Source of the DNA: an uncultured Acidobacteriota bacterium
Lineage (GTDB): Bacteria; Acidobacteriota; Vicinamibacteria; Vicinamibacterales; Fen-181
Reading direction: 5' to 3'
Assembly: GCA_963741715.1 (NCBI GenBank)
Contig: CAVUJA010000002.1
Coordinates: 369,764 to 433,763, forward strand
Length of the DNA stretch: 64,000 nucleotides
The first letter of the stretch is position 1. Each line of letters opens with the position of its first letter. Positions 36,514 through 45,589 of the stretch are shown one piece after another. Position numbers and translations under genes: made by a program. The notes under the pieces were generated by a model. It saw only the letters and a program-made list of their open reading frames with translations. It ran no database searches and was not told the origin of the DNA.

Positions 36514-36571
36514 TGGTGCCTCCGAGTCGACCGCCAGGCCTGCCGTCCCGGGGCCCGCGCGGCCCGGGCTG

Positions 36572-37414
36572 CTAGGCCATGAACGCCGCGGCGACGTACC
36601 CGACCACCGCGCGCTTGTTTCCCGACACGTCGCCCGAATCCCCGTAACGAAGCACGCGCCCGGACCGCGCGCCGAGGGCGCGCGCCGCCCGCATCACCGC
36701 GACGATCGGCCCCCCGCCGCACGCGTGCTCGGGCCTGACGCGGAGCGCCTCGAGCAGCGCCTCGGCATCGAAGCGCTCGACGCAGGCGAGCACCTCGCGG
36801 TCCACCGACGCCGCGGTGCGCGCGTCGAGGTAGTGGGAGAGATCGCTGCTCGCCACGAGGAGGGCGCGGTGTCCCGCCAGGGCCGACGCGAGTCCCGACG
36901 CCAGCGAGTCGATGGTGTCGGCCGCTTGATCGCCCATGAGCAGCGGCACGATCGGCGTGTCCGGAAGAACCCGCCGCAGGAACGGCATCTGCATCTCGAG
37001 CGAATGCTCGGGCGCATGCGCCGCCGCGTCGTCGTGAACGACGGGCGTCGCCGCGCGAATGGCGTCCGCGACGTCGGCGTCGATGGCGATGGGGCCGAGC
37101 GGCGTCGCGAAGCCGCCCCTCGGATAGAGCGCCACGCCGTCGAAAGCCGCGCGGTGCGACGGCCCCACCAGCACCACCACGTCGACGTCGGCGCCCTGCA
37201 CCGCGCGAAACGCCCACGCCGCAATCGGGCCGGAGTACATCAACCCCGCGTGGGGCACCACCAAACCGACGATCCGCTCGGCCGACGGTTCGTCCGGCAC
37301 GGCGGCGAGGTACTGGTCGACTTCCTTTTGGAGGATTTCCGGGCGGCCGGGGTACCACGAGCCGGCCACCGCCTCCGGGCGAAGGGGTTGAAGTGTCGGC
37401 ATGGTACGGAGCAT
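36572..37414 (-). CDS. MEMO1-family protein (AmmeMemoRadiSam system protein B)
   Basis: Motifs present are AGSWYPG, VVPHAGLMYSG, EHSLEMQMPFL and SSDLSHY. The ATG at 37414 is used; 37402 is an alternative. Confidence 0.85.
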   Translation of the reverse strand: MLRTMPTLQPLRPEAVAGSWYPGRPEILQKEVDQYLAAVPDEPSAERIVGLVVPHAGLMYSGPIAAWAFRAVQGADVDVVVLVGPSHRAAFDGVALYPRGGFATPLGPIAIDADVADAIRAATPVVHDDAAAHAPEHSLEMQMPFLRRVLPDTPIVPLLMGDQAADTIDSLASGLASALAGHRALLVASSDLSHYLDARTAASVDREVLACVERFDAEALLEALRVRPEHACGGGPIVAVMRAARALGARSGRVLRYGDSGDVSGNKRAVVGYVAAAFMA

Positions 37415-37468
37415 CGTAGCACCGTTGCGGCCGCGTGATAGCCTTGAGATCGTGCCGGGGGATTCCAG

Positions 37469-37768
37469 ATGACCGACGCCCTGACCATGGCCGAGGTGGA
37501 GCGGATTGCCGCCCTCGCCCGGCTGGCCCTCACCGACGACGAGAAGACCCTCTACGCGGCGCAGTTGACGCGCATCCTCGACTACGCGCGGCAGGTCGCC
37601 GACCTCGAGACGGCCGGCATCGCGCCGACCGCAGGCCTGACGCCGGCTGCCAGCGGCCTGCGCGCCGACGTGCCGCACACGCCGCTCGGCCCGGACGCCG
37701 CGTTGCAGAACGCGCCGGACCCGTCGGCGGGCCTGTTCCGCGTGCCGAAGGTGCTGGGCGATGCGTGA
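37469..37768 (+). CDS. gatC: Asp/Glu-tRNA amidotransferase subunit C
   Basis: It is 99 aa ([31 protein letters not shown]) and lies directly upstream of gatA. Confidence 0.92.
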   Translation: MTDALTMAEVERIAALARLALTDDEKTLYAAQLTRILDYARQVADLETAGIAPTAGLTPAASGLRADVPHTPLGPDAALQNAPDPSAGLFRVPKVLGDA

Positions 37769-39228
37769 GTTGCACGACCTGTCTGCCCGGGCGATTCGGG
37801 ACGGCGTCGCCCGCGGTGACCTGTCGGCGGTGGACGTCTGCCGCTCGTGCCTCTCGCGCGTCGACCGGTTGGAGGATCGGCTTCGCGCGTTCATCTCGAT
37901 CGACCGCGAGGGCGCGCTGGCGCGGGCCGCGGCGCTCGACCGGCGTCCGGCCGGCTGCGAACGCCTCCCGCTCGCGGGCGTGCCCGTCGTCGTCAAGGAC
38001 AACCTGTGCACGGAGGGAACGGCGACCACCGCGGGGTCGCGCATCCTCGAGGGATTCGTGCCGCCCTATGACGCCACCGTCGTCGCCCGGCTGAAGGCCG
38101 CCGGGGCGGTCGTCCTGGGGAAGAGCAACTGCGACGAATTCGCGATGGGCTCGTCCACCGAACACTCGGCGTTCGGCCCGTCGAGAAACCCCTGGGACAT
38201 CACGCGAGCCCCGGGCGGCTCCAGCGGCGGCTCCGCCGTTGCCGTGGCGGCCGGCTTCGCCCCCCTCTCGCTCGGGTCGGACACGGGCGGCTCGAATCCG
38301 GCAGCCTGCCGCGTTCTGCGGCGTCGTCGGCTTGAAGCCGACCTACGGCCGCGTCTCCCGGTACGGCTTGATCGCCTTCGCCTCGTCGCTCGACCAGGTT
38401 GGCCCGTTCGCTCGGACCGCGGCGGACGCGGCGCTGCTGCTCGACGTGATCGCCGGGGGCGACCCGGCGGATTCCACCTGCTCGACCCGGCCCGTTCCGC
38501 GCTACGAGGCCGCGCTGACCGGCGACGTCCGCGGCTTGCGCGTCGGAGTCCCGCGCGCGATGCTCGAGCACGGCGTGGACGGAGACGTGTCAGCCTGCGT
38601 CGAACGCGCGCTCGAGGTGCTGCGTGGGCGCGGCGCGCAGGTCCGCGACATCGAACTCCCCCACGCCGGGTACGGCATCCCGGTCTACTACCTGGTCGCG
38701 ACCGCCGAGGCGAGCGCGAACCTCGCGCGCTACGACGGCGTCCGCTTCGGCTTCCGCGCCAGGTCGGAGACGCTCGCGGAGATGTACGAGCGGACGCGCG
38801 ACGAAGGCTTCGGGGCCGAGGTCAAGCGCCGGATCATGCTGGGCACCTACGCGCTCAGCGCCGGCTACTACGACGCCTTCTACCTCCGCGCGCAGCAGGG
38901 ACGCACGCTCATCGCCCGCGACTTCGACCACGCGTTCGAGCGCGTGGACGTGGTCGCGCTTCCGACGACGCCGACGGCGGCGTTCAAGCTCGGCGAACGG
39001 CTCGACGACCCCCTCGAGATGTATCTCGCCGACGTGTTCACGGTGGGTGCGCCGCTGGCCGGGCTGCCCGCGATTTCGGTGCCTTGCGGCTTCACGGGGG
39101 AGCAACTCCCGGTCGGCCTTCAGCTGATTGGACGGAGTTTCGACGAGGAGACGCTGCTGAGGACGGCGGACGCGTTCGAACGAGAAGTGACACCGGCTCC
39201 AGCGCCGAGGGGGCTGGAGAGGGCGTGA
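37761..39228 (+). pseudogene. gatA: Asp/Glu-tRNA amidotransferase subunit A, interrupted by a +1 (single A insertion) frameshift at ~38295-38296
   Basis: Frame 1 reads ...GSDTGGS, then NPAACRV. The conserved continuation [24 protein letters not shown]... lies in ORF 38239..39228. TCGAATCCGG would read S-I-R if one A were removed. The length 1468 nt equals 3n+1. Confidence 0.9.
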
Positions 39229-39240
39229 ACCGGCCCTGCC

Positions 39241-39576
39241 TCACGCCGCCGCGGGACGCGTCTTCGCCTTCGACAGCACCCACACCACCAGGCCGATCGC
39301 GGCCAGCGGCAGCAGCGGCAGGGCGACGACGAACAGGCCGCCGACGAGCGTCGCCACGATCGCGAGGATCGCCAGGACGCCAAGCACCGGCACCAGCAGC
39401 AGCCCCAGCAGGCCGCCCAGCAGGCGGAACGGCAGCAGGATGAGGCCCGCGGCGAGGCGCAGCGGCAGCAGGATCAGCAGGACGACGCCCTTGAGGAGCG
39501 CCAGGACGAGTCCGAAGACGGCGACCACCGCCAACATGGTGAGGAAGAAACCGCCGAGGGCGAGCATCCCGAACAT
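39241..39576 (-). CDS. small Leu-rich integral membrane protein (111 aa), hypothetical
   Basis: AGGAGG lies 5 nt upstream of the ATG. GC3 is very high and there are three to four TM segments. Confidence 0.55.
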   Translation of the reverse strand: MFGMLALGGFFLTMLAVVAVFGLVLALLKGVVLLILLPLRLAAGLILLPFRLLGGLLGLLLVPVLGVLAILAIVATLVGGLFVVALPLLPLAAIGLVVWVLSKAKTRPAAA

Positions 39577-39643
39577 CTCAGCCTCCTGGTGACGAGCATT
39601 TCCGCTCGCTACCAGATTCTACGTGCGGCCGAGACCGAAGGTT

Positions 39644-39895
39644 TCAGGATGCCGTGTAGCCGGAGCCCGCAAGCTGATCGCTCGGGCCCCGCGGGGCGGT
39701 GGGAGGCAGGTAGACGATGGGCGCGCCCACGGTCTCGTCCAGGCTCTTGACGGTCTTCGACTTGCGGGTCGGCCGGAACTTCGTCCAGTCGAGGACGAGG
39801 CACAAGCCAACCATGAGGACCAGCAGGTACACGACGATACCGCCGATCCCCGCCGCCGCGCCGAACACCAGGGTCCAGACCTCGGCGAGCGTCAC
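39644..39895 (-). CDS. small single-pass membrane protein (83 aa), hypothetical
   Basis: The GTG at 39895 forms a GTGA overlap with the rpoZ stop. The sequence is VTLAEVWTLVFGAAAGIGGIVVYLLVLMVGLCLV... Confidence 0.45.
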   Translation of the reverse strand: MTLAEVWTLVFGAAAGIGGIVVYLLVLMVGLCLVLDWTKFRPTRKSKTVKSLDETVGAPIVYLPPTAPRGPSDQLAGSGYTAS

Positions 39896-40188
39896 TGGGG
39901 CTCTCCGGACTGCTCGGGTTCCACCACGGGGATGTCGTAGATCACCAGGCCCTGACGCACTTCTTCCATCGCCACGCGCTCGGGCTTGCGAGGGTGCTCG
40001 GCGGAAGGTTCCCCCTCGCCGACCCCCGCAATGCGGGGCCGCGCGCCGCGGCGCAGCTGCTTGGCTCGCAGCGCCGCCACGTCGACGAAGAGGAAGCGGC
40101 TTTCGGGCGGAGGGACCTTCACGATCGGCTGGGCCGGCGTCTCGGTCGCTTCGGGCTGATTGTCGGTTGTGAGATTCTCGTCTACCAC
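39892..40188 (-). CDS. rpoZ: DNA-directed RNA polymerase subunit omega
   Basis: SRFLFVDVAALRAKQLRRGARP...KPERVAMEEV matches the RpoZ core. The start is a GTG. Confidence 0.8.
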   Translation of the reverse strand: MVDENLTTDNQPEATETPAQPIVKVPPPESRFLFVDVAALRAKQLRRGARPRIAGVGEGEPSAEHPRKPERVAMEEVRQGLVIYDIPVVEPEQSGEPQ

Positions 40189-40262
40189 AATCGTTCAGGG
40201 TAGCTGGAAGGGCCCGGCTGGCGCAAGACAAATCGCCAGACAGACACACCGTCAGACAAACT

Positions 40263-40287
40263 GCCGGACGGCCAGTAGCCGTCCGGC
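40263..40287 (-). terminator. perfect 10-bp GC hairpin downstream of hsp20
   Basis: GCCGGACGGC cagta GCCGTCCGGC. On the minus strand it is followed by AGTTTGTCTG. Confidence 0.5.
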
Positions 40288-40350
40288 AAGACCTGCCCGG
40301 CTCTCCCGGGCCCTGCGGCCCGCGACCCGGCCCAACTCCCCGCCGGGGCC

Positions 40351-40803
40351 CTACTCGCCGACCTTGACCTGGATCTGCTTCGGCTTCGCTTCCTCGCGCA
40401 TCGGGAGCTTGATGGTGAGGACGCCCGCCTTGTAATCCGCGGTCACCTTGCCGGTGTCGACGGTCGGCGGCAGCGAGAACGACCGCGTGAAGGTGCCGTA
40501 CGCGCGCTCGACGCGGTGGCAGTGCTCGTCGAGGACATCGGCGTCCATCTTCTTCTCGCCGCTGATGGTCAGTGTGTTGTTGTCCACCGTCAGCTGGATG
40601 TCGTCGCGCTTCATGTCGGGAAGCTCGGCCTTGATCACCAGCTCGTGCTGGCCGTTGTCGTAGATGTCCACCGGCGGAATCCACGCCCCCCGGCGCATTA
40701 CGTCGTCGGCGCCCCGGCGGCCGTAGAAGTCGCCGAGCAGCCGGCCCATGCGGTCCTGCATGTCGGACATTTCACGGAACGGATCCCAACGGACGATCGC
40801 CAT
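40351..40803 (-). CDS. Hsp20/alpha-crystallin family small heat-shock protein
   Basis: The ATG at 40803 is preceded by AAGGAGGAG. It carries an alpha-crystallin domain (VDIYDNGQHELVIKAELPDMKRDDIQLTV...GVLTIKLP). Confidence 0.92.
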   Translation of the reverse strand: MAIVRWDPFREMSDMQDRMGRLLGDFYGRRGADDVMRRGAWIPPVDIYDNGQHELVIKAELPDMKRDDIQLTVDNNTLTISGEKKMDADVLDEHCHRVERAYGTFTRSFSLPPTVDTGKVTADYKAGVLTIKLPMREEAKPKQIQVKVGE

Positions 40804-40915
40804 GACTCTCCTCCTTGAACGTGGGCCCCGCTGAGGCGGGACCTGAACTCCTGCACGCTGCCTGTCAGCAGGCCGCGGGCGCATGTCATCGGCTCGCCCG
40901 CTGGCCACAAAACAC

Positions 40916-40944
40916 AATATACGTGGATGATGAGCGCTTGTCAA
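40916..40944 (-). promoter_or_regulatory. near-consensus sigma70-type promoter for hsp20 (TTGACA-17-TATATT)
   Basis: The minus strand reads TTGACA (40944-40939), then 17 nt, then TATATT (40921-40916). It lies in the most AT-rich patch of the window, about 110 nt upstream of the ATG. Confidence 0.55.
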
Positions 40945-41358
40945 GCATGTTATATGAGTCATAACGAGTCATATTACATGCCGGATCGCCATCGGGAGCC
41001 CCTGGCTCAAAGCACTCCTAAATGGGGTTGCCAGGATCTGGACGGTGGATGACAGGGGTGAGGGCGCATCCCCCCCGGCAGGGCCCGCTGAAACTCGACG
41101 CACGCTGAATAAAACACGGACCACGACCGAATTTCTCGTCAGACTTATCCTGACATGAGGGTTACAATGATGACTTATTCGGCCCTGGTGGGCTGGACGT
41201 CGGGGCCGCTGGTGGAGCCGGCGCGGCTGCTGGAGGGCGCGCTGAACGGCGGCAGGCGGCGTCGGGCCGAACGTCGCGGGCCGTGAGCCGGTTGCGATAT
41301 GCTGTGACCGGCAGCATCGACCGACCTGCGGGTCATCACGGCGAAGGGAGAGCACGAG

Positions 41359-42639
41359 ATGGGCATGACGCTCGTCCAGAAGATCCTGGCCCGGGCGACC
41401 GGGCAGCGAACGGTGGCGGTTGGGGACGTGGTCGAACCGGCCGTCGATCTCGCGATGTCGCACGAGAACGCCGCGCTGGTGATGAACCAGTTCTTCGAGG
41501 TCTACCAGGGCACCGGCCTCGAACCCAGGGTGTGGGACCCGTCGAAGATCGCGATCGTCCTCGACCACCGGGTCCCGGCGGAGACGTCGAAGACCGCGAC
41601 GAACCAGAAGAAGATCCGCGAGTTCGTGGCCAGCCAGGGCATCGCGCGATTCCACGACATCCGCGGCGACGAAGGCGGCATCTGCCACCAGGTCCTGCCC
41701 GAGCACGGCTACACGCTGCCCGGCCAGGTCATCGTCGGCACCGACAGCCACACGACCAGCCACGGCGCGGTCGGCGCGTTCGCGTTCGGCATCGGCGCCA
41801 CCGAGATGGCCGGCGTCTGGGCCCTCGGCCGCATCTTCAACGTCGAGGTGCCGGCGACGATCAAGGTGGTCGTGAAGGGCGAACTCTCCGCCCACGTGCT
41901 CCCCAAAGATCTCATCCTGCACCTGATAGGCGCGCTGTCGGCCGAGGGCGCCAACTTCAAGGTGATCGAGTTCCATGGGGCCGGCGTCGAGCGGATGTCG
42001 ATGTCGGGCCGCCTCACGCTCTGCAACATGAGCGCGGAGGCCGGCGCTACGTCGGGCATGGTCCCCGCCGACACCGTGACCGAGCGCTACCTGCGCGAGG
42101 AGGCGGGCGTCAGCGGGCCGCTGGACATGCTCGCCCCCGACCGCGACGCCGAGTACGCGCGCGTCCTCGAGATCGACGCGGCGGCGCTGGTGCCGCAGGT
42201 CGCCTGCCCTCACACCGTGGACAACGTGAAGGGTATCGACGCGGTGCGCGGCGTGAAGGTGCACCAGATCGTCATCGGCTCCTGCACCAACGGCCGCCTC
42301 GACGACCTGCAGGTGGCCGCCGAGATCCTGCGCGGCAAGCGCGTGGCGAAGGGCGTCCGGATGCTGGTGTTCCCCGCCTCGTGGCGCATCTACCGCCAGG
42401 CGTTGACGCAGGGCTACCTCGCCGATCTCGTGGACGCCGGCGCCGTGATCATGAACCCGGGCTGCGGCTGCTGCCTCGGCGTGCACCAGGGCGCGCTGGG
42501 CGACCACGAGGTGGCGCTCTCCACCACGAACCGGAACTTCAAGGGGCGGATGGGCAACCCGACGGGCGAGGTGTACCTCTGCTCCCCGGCCGTCGCCGCC
42601 GCCAGTGCGCTGGCCGGATCGATCACCGACCCGCGCTAG
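41359..42639 (+). CDS. aconitase-family dehydratase large subunit (archaeal-type LeuC/HacA-like)
   Basis: Motifs present are DLAMSHE, GTDSHT and GSCTNGR...GCGCCLG (Fe-S cluster cysteines). It is 426 aa. Confidence 0.9.
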   Translation: MGMTLVQKILARATGQRTVAVGDVVEPAVDLAMSHENAALVMNQFFEVYQGTGLEPRVWDPSKIAIVLDHRVPAETSKTATNQKKIREFVASQGIARFHDIRGDEGGICHQVLPEHGYTLPGQVIVGTDSHTTSHGAVGAFAFGIGATEMAGVWALGRIFNVEVPATIKVVVKGELSAHVLPKDLILHLIGALSAEGANFKVIEFHGAGVERMSMSGRLTLCNMSAEAGATSGMVPADTVTERYLREEAGVSGPLDMLAPDRDAEYARVLEIDAAALVPQVACPHTVDNVKGIDAVRGVKVHQIVIGSCTNGRLDDLQVAAEILRGKRVAKGVRMLVFPASWRIYRQALTQGYLADLVDAGAVIMNPGCGCCLGVHQGALGDHEVALSTTNRNFKGRMGNPTGEVYLCSPAVAAASALAGSITDPR

Positions 42640-42709
42640 GCTGTCGCCGCATGGCCTGAACGGGAGCGTTTGAACGGGCGGGGGCGCATCCCGCCCTGGA
42701 GGAACCGAC

Positions 42710-43210
42710 ATGCCGCAAGTGGTCTTCACGCTCGGCGACGATGTGTCGACCGACGCGATCTATCCCGGCCGCTTCATGGCCACCGTGCTGCCCGCCGAGA
42801 CGCCGCAGTTCGCCTTCGCCGACTCCGCCGAGTTCAACGCGAAGCTGAAGGCCGGGCAGGTGCCGCCGGGCAGCGTGATCGTCGCCGCCAACAACTTCGG
42901 CTGCGGCTCGTCGCGCGAACAGGCGGCCTCCGCCCTCAAGGGCCACGACCTGGTCGTCGTCGCGCGGGGGTTCGCGCGGATCTTCCTGCAGAACTCGGCC
43001 AACCTCGGCCTGCGGACGATCATCTGCCCCGACATCGACGCCGCCGAAGGCGACGAGCTCGAGCTGACGCCGACCGCCGTCCTGAACAGGACCAAGGGGA
43101 CGTCGCACGCGATCGTGCCGCTGCCCAAGGCGCGGCAGGACGTCATCGACGCCGGCGGCTTGATTGCCTACACGCGCAAGCGCCTGATGGAACAGCACGG
43201 GAGGGCGTAG
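42710..43210 (+). CDS. aconitase-family dehydratase small subunit (LeuD-like)
   Basis: It is 166 aa, with DVSTDAIYPG and NFGCGSSREQAA motifs. Confidence 0.88.
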   Translation: MPQVVFTLGDDVSTDAIYPGRFMATVLPAETPQFAFADSAEFNAKLKAGQVPPGSVIVAANNFGCGSSREQAASALKGHDLVVVARGFARIFLQNSANLGLRTIICPDIDAAEGDELELTPTAVLNRTKGTSHAIVPLPKARQDVIDAGGLIAYTRKRLMEQHGRA

Positions 43211-43245
43211 CGGGCGCCGGTTCGCCGCGGCCTGACGCAACACGC

Positions 43246-44439
43246 ATGAAGCTCCTCGACGGCATCCGCGTCCTGGACGTCACCAACGTCCTCTCGGGCC
43301 CGTTCGCGACGCTGCACCTCGCGCTGGCGGGCGCCGAAGTGATCAAGGTCGAGCACCCCGACGGCGGGGACCTCGCGCGCAAGCTGGGCAACGTGCCCGA
43401 TCTCAACGCGCAGTTGATGGGCACGTCGTTCCTCGCCCAGAACACCAACAAGAAGTCGCTGACGCTCAATCTCAAGGACGCCGACGGGCAGGAGATCTTC
43501 CGCAAGCTCGTGCCCACCGCGGACGTGCTGGTCGAGAACTTCAGGCCGGGCGTCCTCGCCCGCCTCGGCTTCCCCTGGGAGACGCTGCACGAACTGAACC
43601 CGCGGCTGATCTACTGCGCGATCTCGGGGTTCGGGCAGACGGGGCCCGACGCCGACAAGCCGGCCTACGACCAGATCATCCAGGGGCTCAGCGGACTGAT
43701 GGCCATCAACGGCGACGAGCGTCTGAACCCGCTCCGGGCCGGCTTCCCGATCTGCGACACGGTCGGCGGCCTGAACGCGGCGTTCGCGATCATGGGCGCC
43801 CTGTACTACCGCGAGCGGACGGGGCGGGGCCAGGCCATCGACATCGCGATGATCGACTCGATCATGCCGCTGCTGGGCTGGGTGGCGGCGAACTGGCTGA
43901 TCGGCGGCCAGCCGCCGCAGCTGCTGGGCAACGACAACATGACCGCCGCGCCGTCCGGCACGTTCAAGACCTGCGACGGCTACATCAACATCGCCGCCAA
44001 CGAGCAGCGGCAGTGGGAAAGCCTCTGCGACGTGCTGGGCCTGCCCGCGCTCAAGACCGACGACCGGTTCCAGCAGCGCGATACCCGGAAGGCGAACCGC
44101 AAGGCGCTGACGCCCCTCATCGAAGCCAAGCTCGCGCAGAGGCCGACCGGTTACTGGGTGGACGCGCTGAACGCGAAGGGGATTCCGTCGGGCGACATCC
44201 TCTCGCTGCAAGCCGCGCTCGATCAGCCGCAGGTGCACCACCGCGGCTCCATCCAGACGATCGAGGAGCCCGGCATCGGCCCCCTGAAGCTGTTCAACCT
44301 CTCGGCGAAGTTCTCGGAGACGCCCGGCAGCCTGGACACCCCGCCGCCGCGCCTCTCCGCGCACACGGTTCCCATTCTCGAGCAACTGGGCTACTCGGAC
44401 GAGCAGATTGCGTCGCTCAAAGCGCGCCACGTCATCTGA
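43246..44439 (+). CDS. family III CoA-transferase (CaiB/BaiF type)
   Basis: The sequence reads MKLLDGIRVLDVTNVLSGPFATLHLALAGAEVIKVE, with ENFRPGV and YDQIIQGLSGLM. The ATG is at 43246. Confidence 0.9.
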   Translation: MKLLDGIRVLDVTNVLSGPFATLHLALAGAEVIKVEHPDGGDLARKLGNVPDLNAQLMGTSFLAQNTNKKSLTLNLKDADGQEIFRKLVPTADVLVENFRPGVLARLGFPWETLHELNPRLIYCAISGFGQTGPDADKPAYDQIIQGLSGLMAINGDERLNPLRAGFPICDTVGGLNAAFAIMGALYYRERTGRGQAIDIAMIDSIMPLLGWVAANWLIGGQPPQLLGNDNMTAAPSGTFKTCDGYINIAANEQRQWESLCDVLGLPALKTDDRFQQRDTRKANRKALTPLIEAKLAQRPTGYWVDALNAKGIPSGDILSLQAALDQPQVHHRGSIQTIEEPGIGPLKLFNLSAKFSETPGSLDTPPPRLSAHTVPILEQLGYSDEQIASLKARHVI

Positions 44440-44442
44440 CGA

Positions 44443-45453
44443 TCACGGCCCGGGCAGTGGACGGCCGGGCGCCAGGCTGGCGATCTCCTCGTCGGACACG
44501 TCGGCCGACGCAGCCCGGCATGCCTCGGCAATCATGCCGCCGGTCAGCGGCCCCGCGTCGGTGATGACCCCGGAAACCAGGTCGATCGGCACCCGCTCGA
44601 AGTAGGGATTGCGGACGGCGACGCCGGCCGGCGCGCCGTCCCACACCTCCGCAGCGTCGCGCTCGTCGATGGCCAGCAGCCGCGCCACCCGGACATCGAC
44701 GAACTTGGCGCGCGTGGCGGCCGCGAAGGTCGGCACGCCGGCCCGGGCTGCCGCCGCCAACAGCATGCCCGTCCCCACCTTGTTCACCAGCCACTCGGGC
44801 GTCACCGCGTCGGCGCCGACCAGAACCAGGCGGCCCGAGGGCTCGTCTCCCTCGAGGGAGGCCGCCAGGGCCGCGTCGGAGAAGTCCTGGACCGGGATGC
44901 CGTCGGCCGCCAGTGCAGACGCCAGTCGGCGCCCTTCGAACATCGGCCGGCCCTCGGCGCACGAGACCCGCAGTGGGCCGCGCGCGGGCACCGCCGCGCG
45001 GCCGCCGAGACCCGCGCGGCCGGCAAGCGCGCGCAGGCACGCGAGCACCGAGCCGCTGAACGACCAGGTGACCACGTGAAGTCCGCGCCCGCCCGACGGC
45101 GCCAGCGTCTCCACCGCGACGCGGGTCATGGCCGCGCCCGCCCGCCGGCACCGCTGCTCGAACCGATCGAGGCGGCCCGTCTCCGACGGCTGGCTGCGGC
45201 CCGCGGCGCGGCGACGCCCGGCATCCCCCGCGTCCGCGACCGCCGCGAGCGCGGCGTTCCAGATCGACGCCATCGACGGCTGCGCGAGGCCCACCGCGCG
45301 AGCGACCTCCACCACCTCGGCGCCCTCGTCGATTGCGTCCCGCAGGATCGCGATCGCCTGCCACACCAGTTCGGAGGCGCCGGAGCGCGCGTCGGCCGCG
45401 AGCGTCGCGAGCCTGCGGCCGATGGTCTCGTCCATGGGGATACTCTGCCACAT
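44443..45453 (-). CDS. eIF-2B alpha/beta/delta-like family protein (sugar-phosphate isomerase family)
   Basis: CAEGRPMFEGRRLA...LVGADAV...VNKVGTGMLLAAAARAGVPTFAA matches the IF-2B family core. The ATG at 45453 is used; 45435 is an alternative. Confidence 0.72.
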   Translation of the reverse strand: MWQSIPMDETIGRRLATLAADARSGASELVWQAIAILRDAIDEGAEVVEVARAVGLAQPSMASIWNAALAAVADAGDAGRRRAAGRSQPSETGRLDRFEQRCRRAGAAMTRVAVETLAPSGGRGLHVVTWSFSGSVLACLRALAGRAGLGGRAAVPARGPLRVSCAEGRPMFEGRRLASALAADGIPVQDFSDAALAASLEGDEPSGRLVLVGADAVTPEWLVNKVGTGMLLAAAARAGVPTFAAATRAKFVDVRVARLLAIDERDAAEVWDGAPAGVAVRNPYFERVPIDLVSGVITDAGPLTGGMIAEACRAASADVSDEEIASLAPGRPLPGP

Positions 45454-45589
45454 TCGACCCGCGGCCCGCGGCGTGCCGCTCCCGGGCCGGACAGGCGCGT
45501 CGGTCGCGGGTGCCGCCGGGCCCGCGCCACCTCGGCGGGTGCCGGGCGGCCGCGAATGTGCGAAGATGGGTTGTTTGGAGCCCTGAACG

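Noticed and set aside
41008-41017. CAAAGCACTC resembles a CIRCE half-site (TTAGCACTC) near hsp20.
   Set aside because: No inverted GAGTGCTAA partner lies within range, and it sits on the far side of the promoter.
41029-41045. GCCAGGATCTGGACGG loosely resembles the TPP-riboswitch CTGATCTGGATAATGCCAGCG core.
   Set aside because: The CTGAGA element and the pairing partners are missing, and the downstream gene is not thiamine-related.
41168-41287. 39-codon uORF (MMTYSALVGW...) upstream of the LeuC-like gene, considered as a leucine attenuator leader peptide.
   Set aside because: It has no run of Leu codons and no terminator/antiterminator pair. Its ATG overlaps the only plausible -10 box (TACAAT), so it would probably lie upstream of the transcript start.
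45454-45589. Search for a sigma32-type (CTTGAAA / CCCCATNT) or other heat-shock promoter upstream of the second hsp20.
   Set aside because: Neither strand shows a convincing match. Only GC-rich sequence with a weak CCCATCTT on the opposite strand is present.
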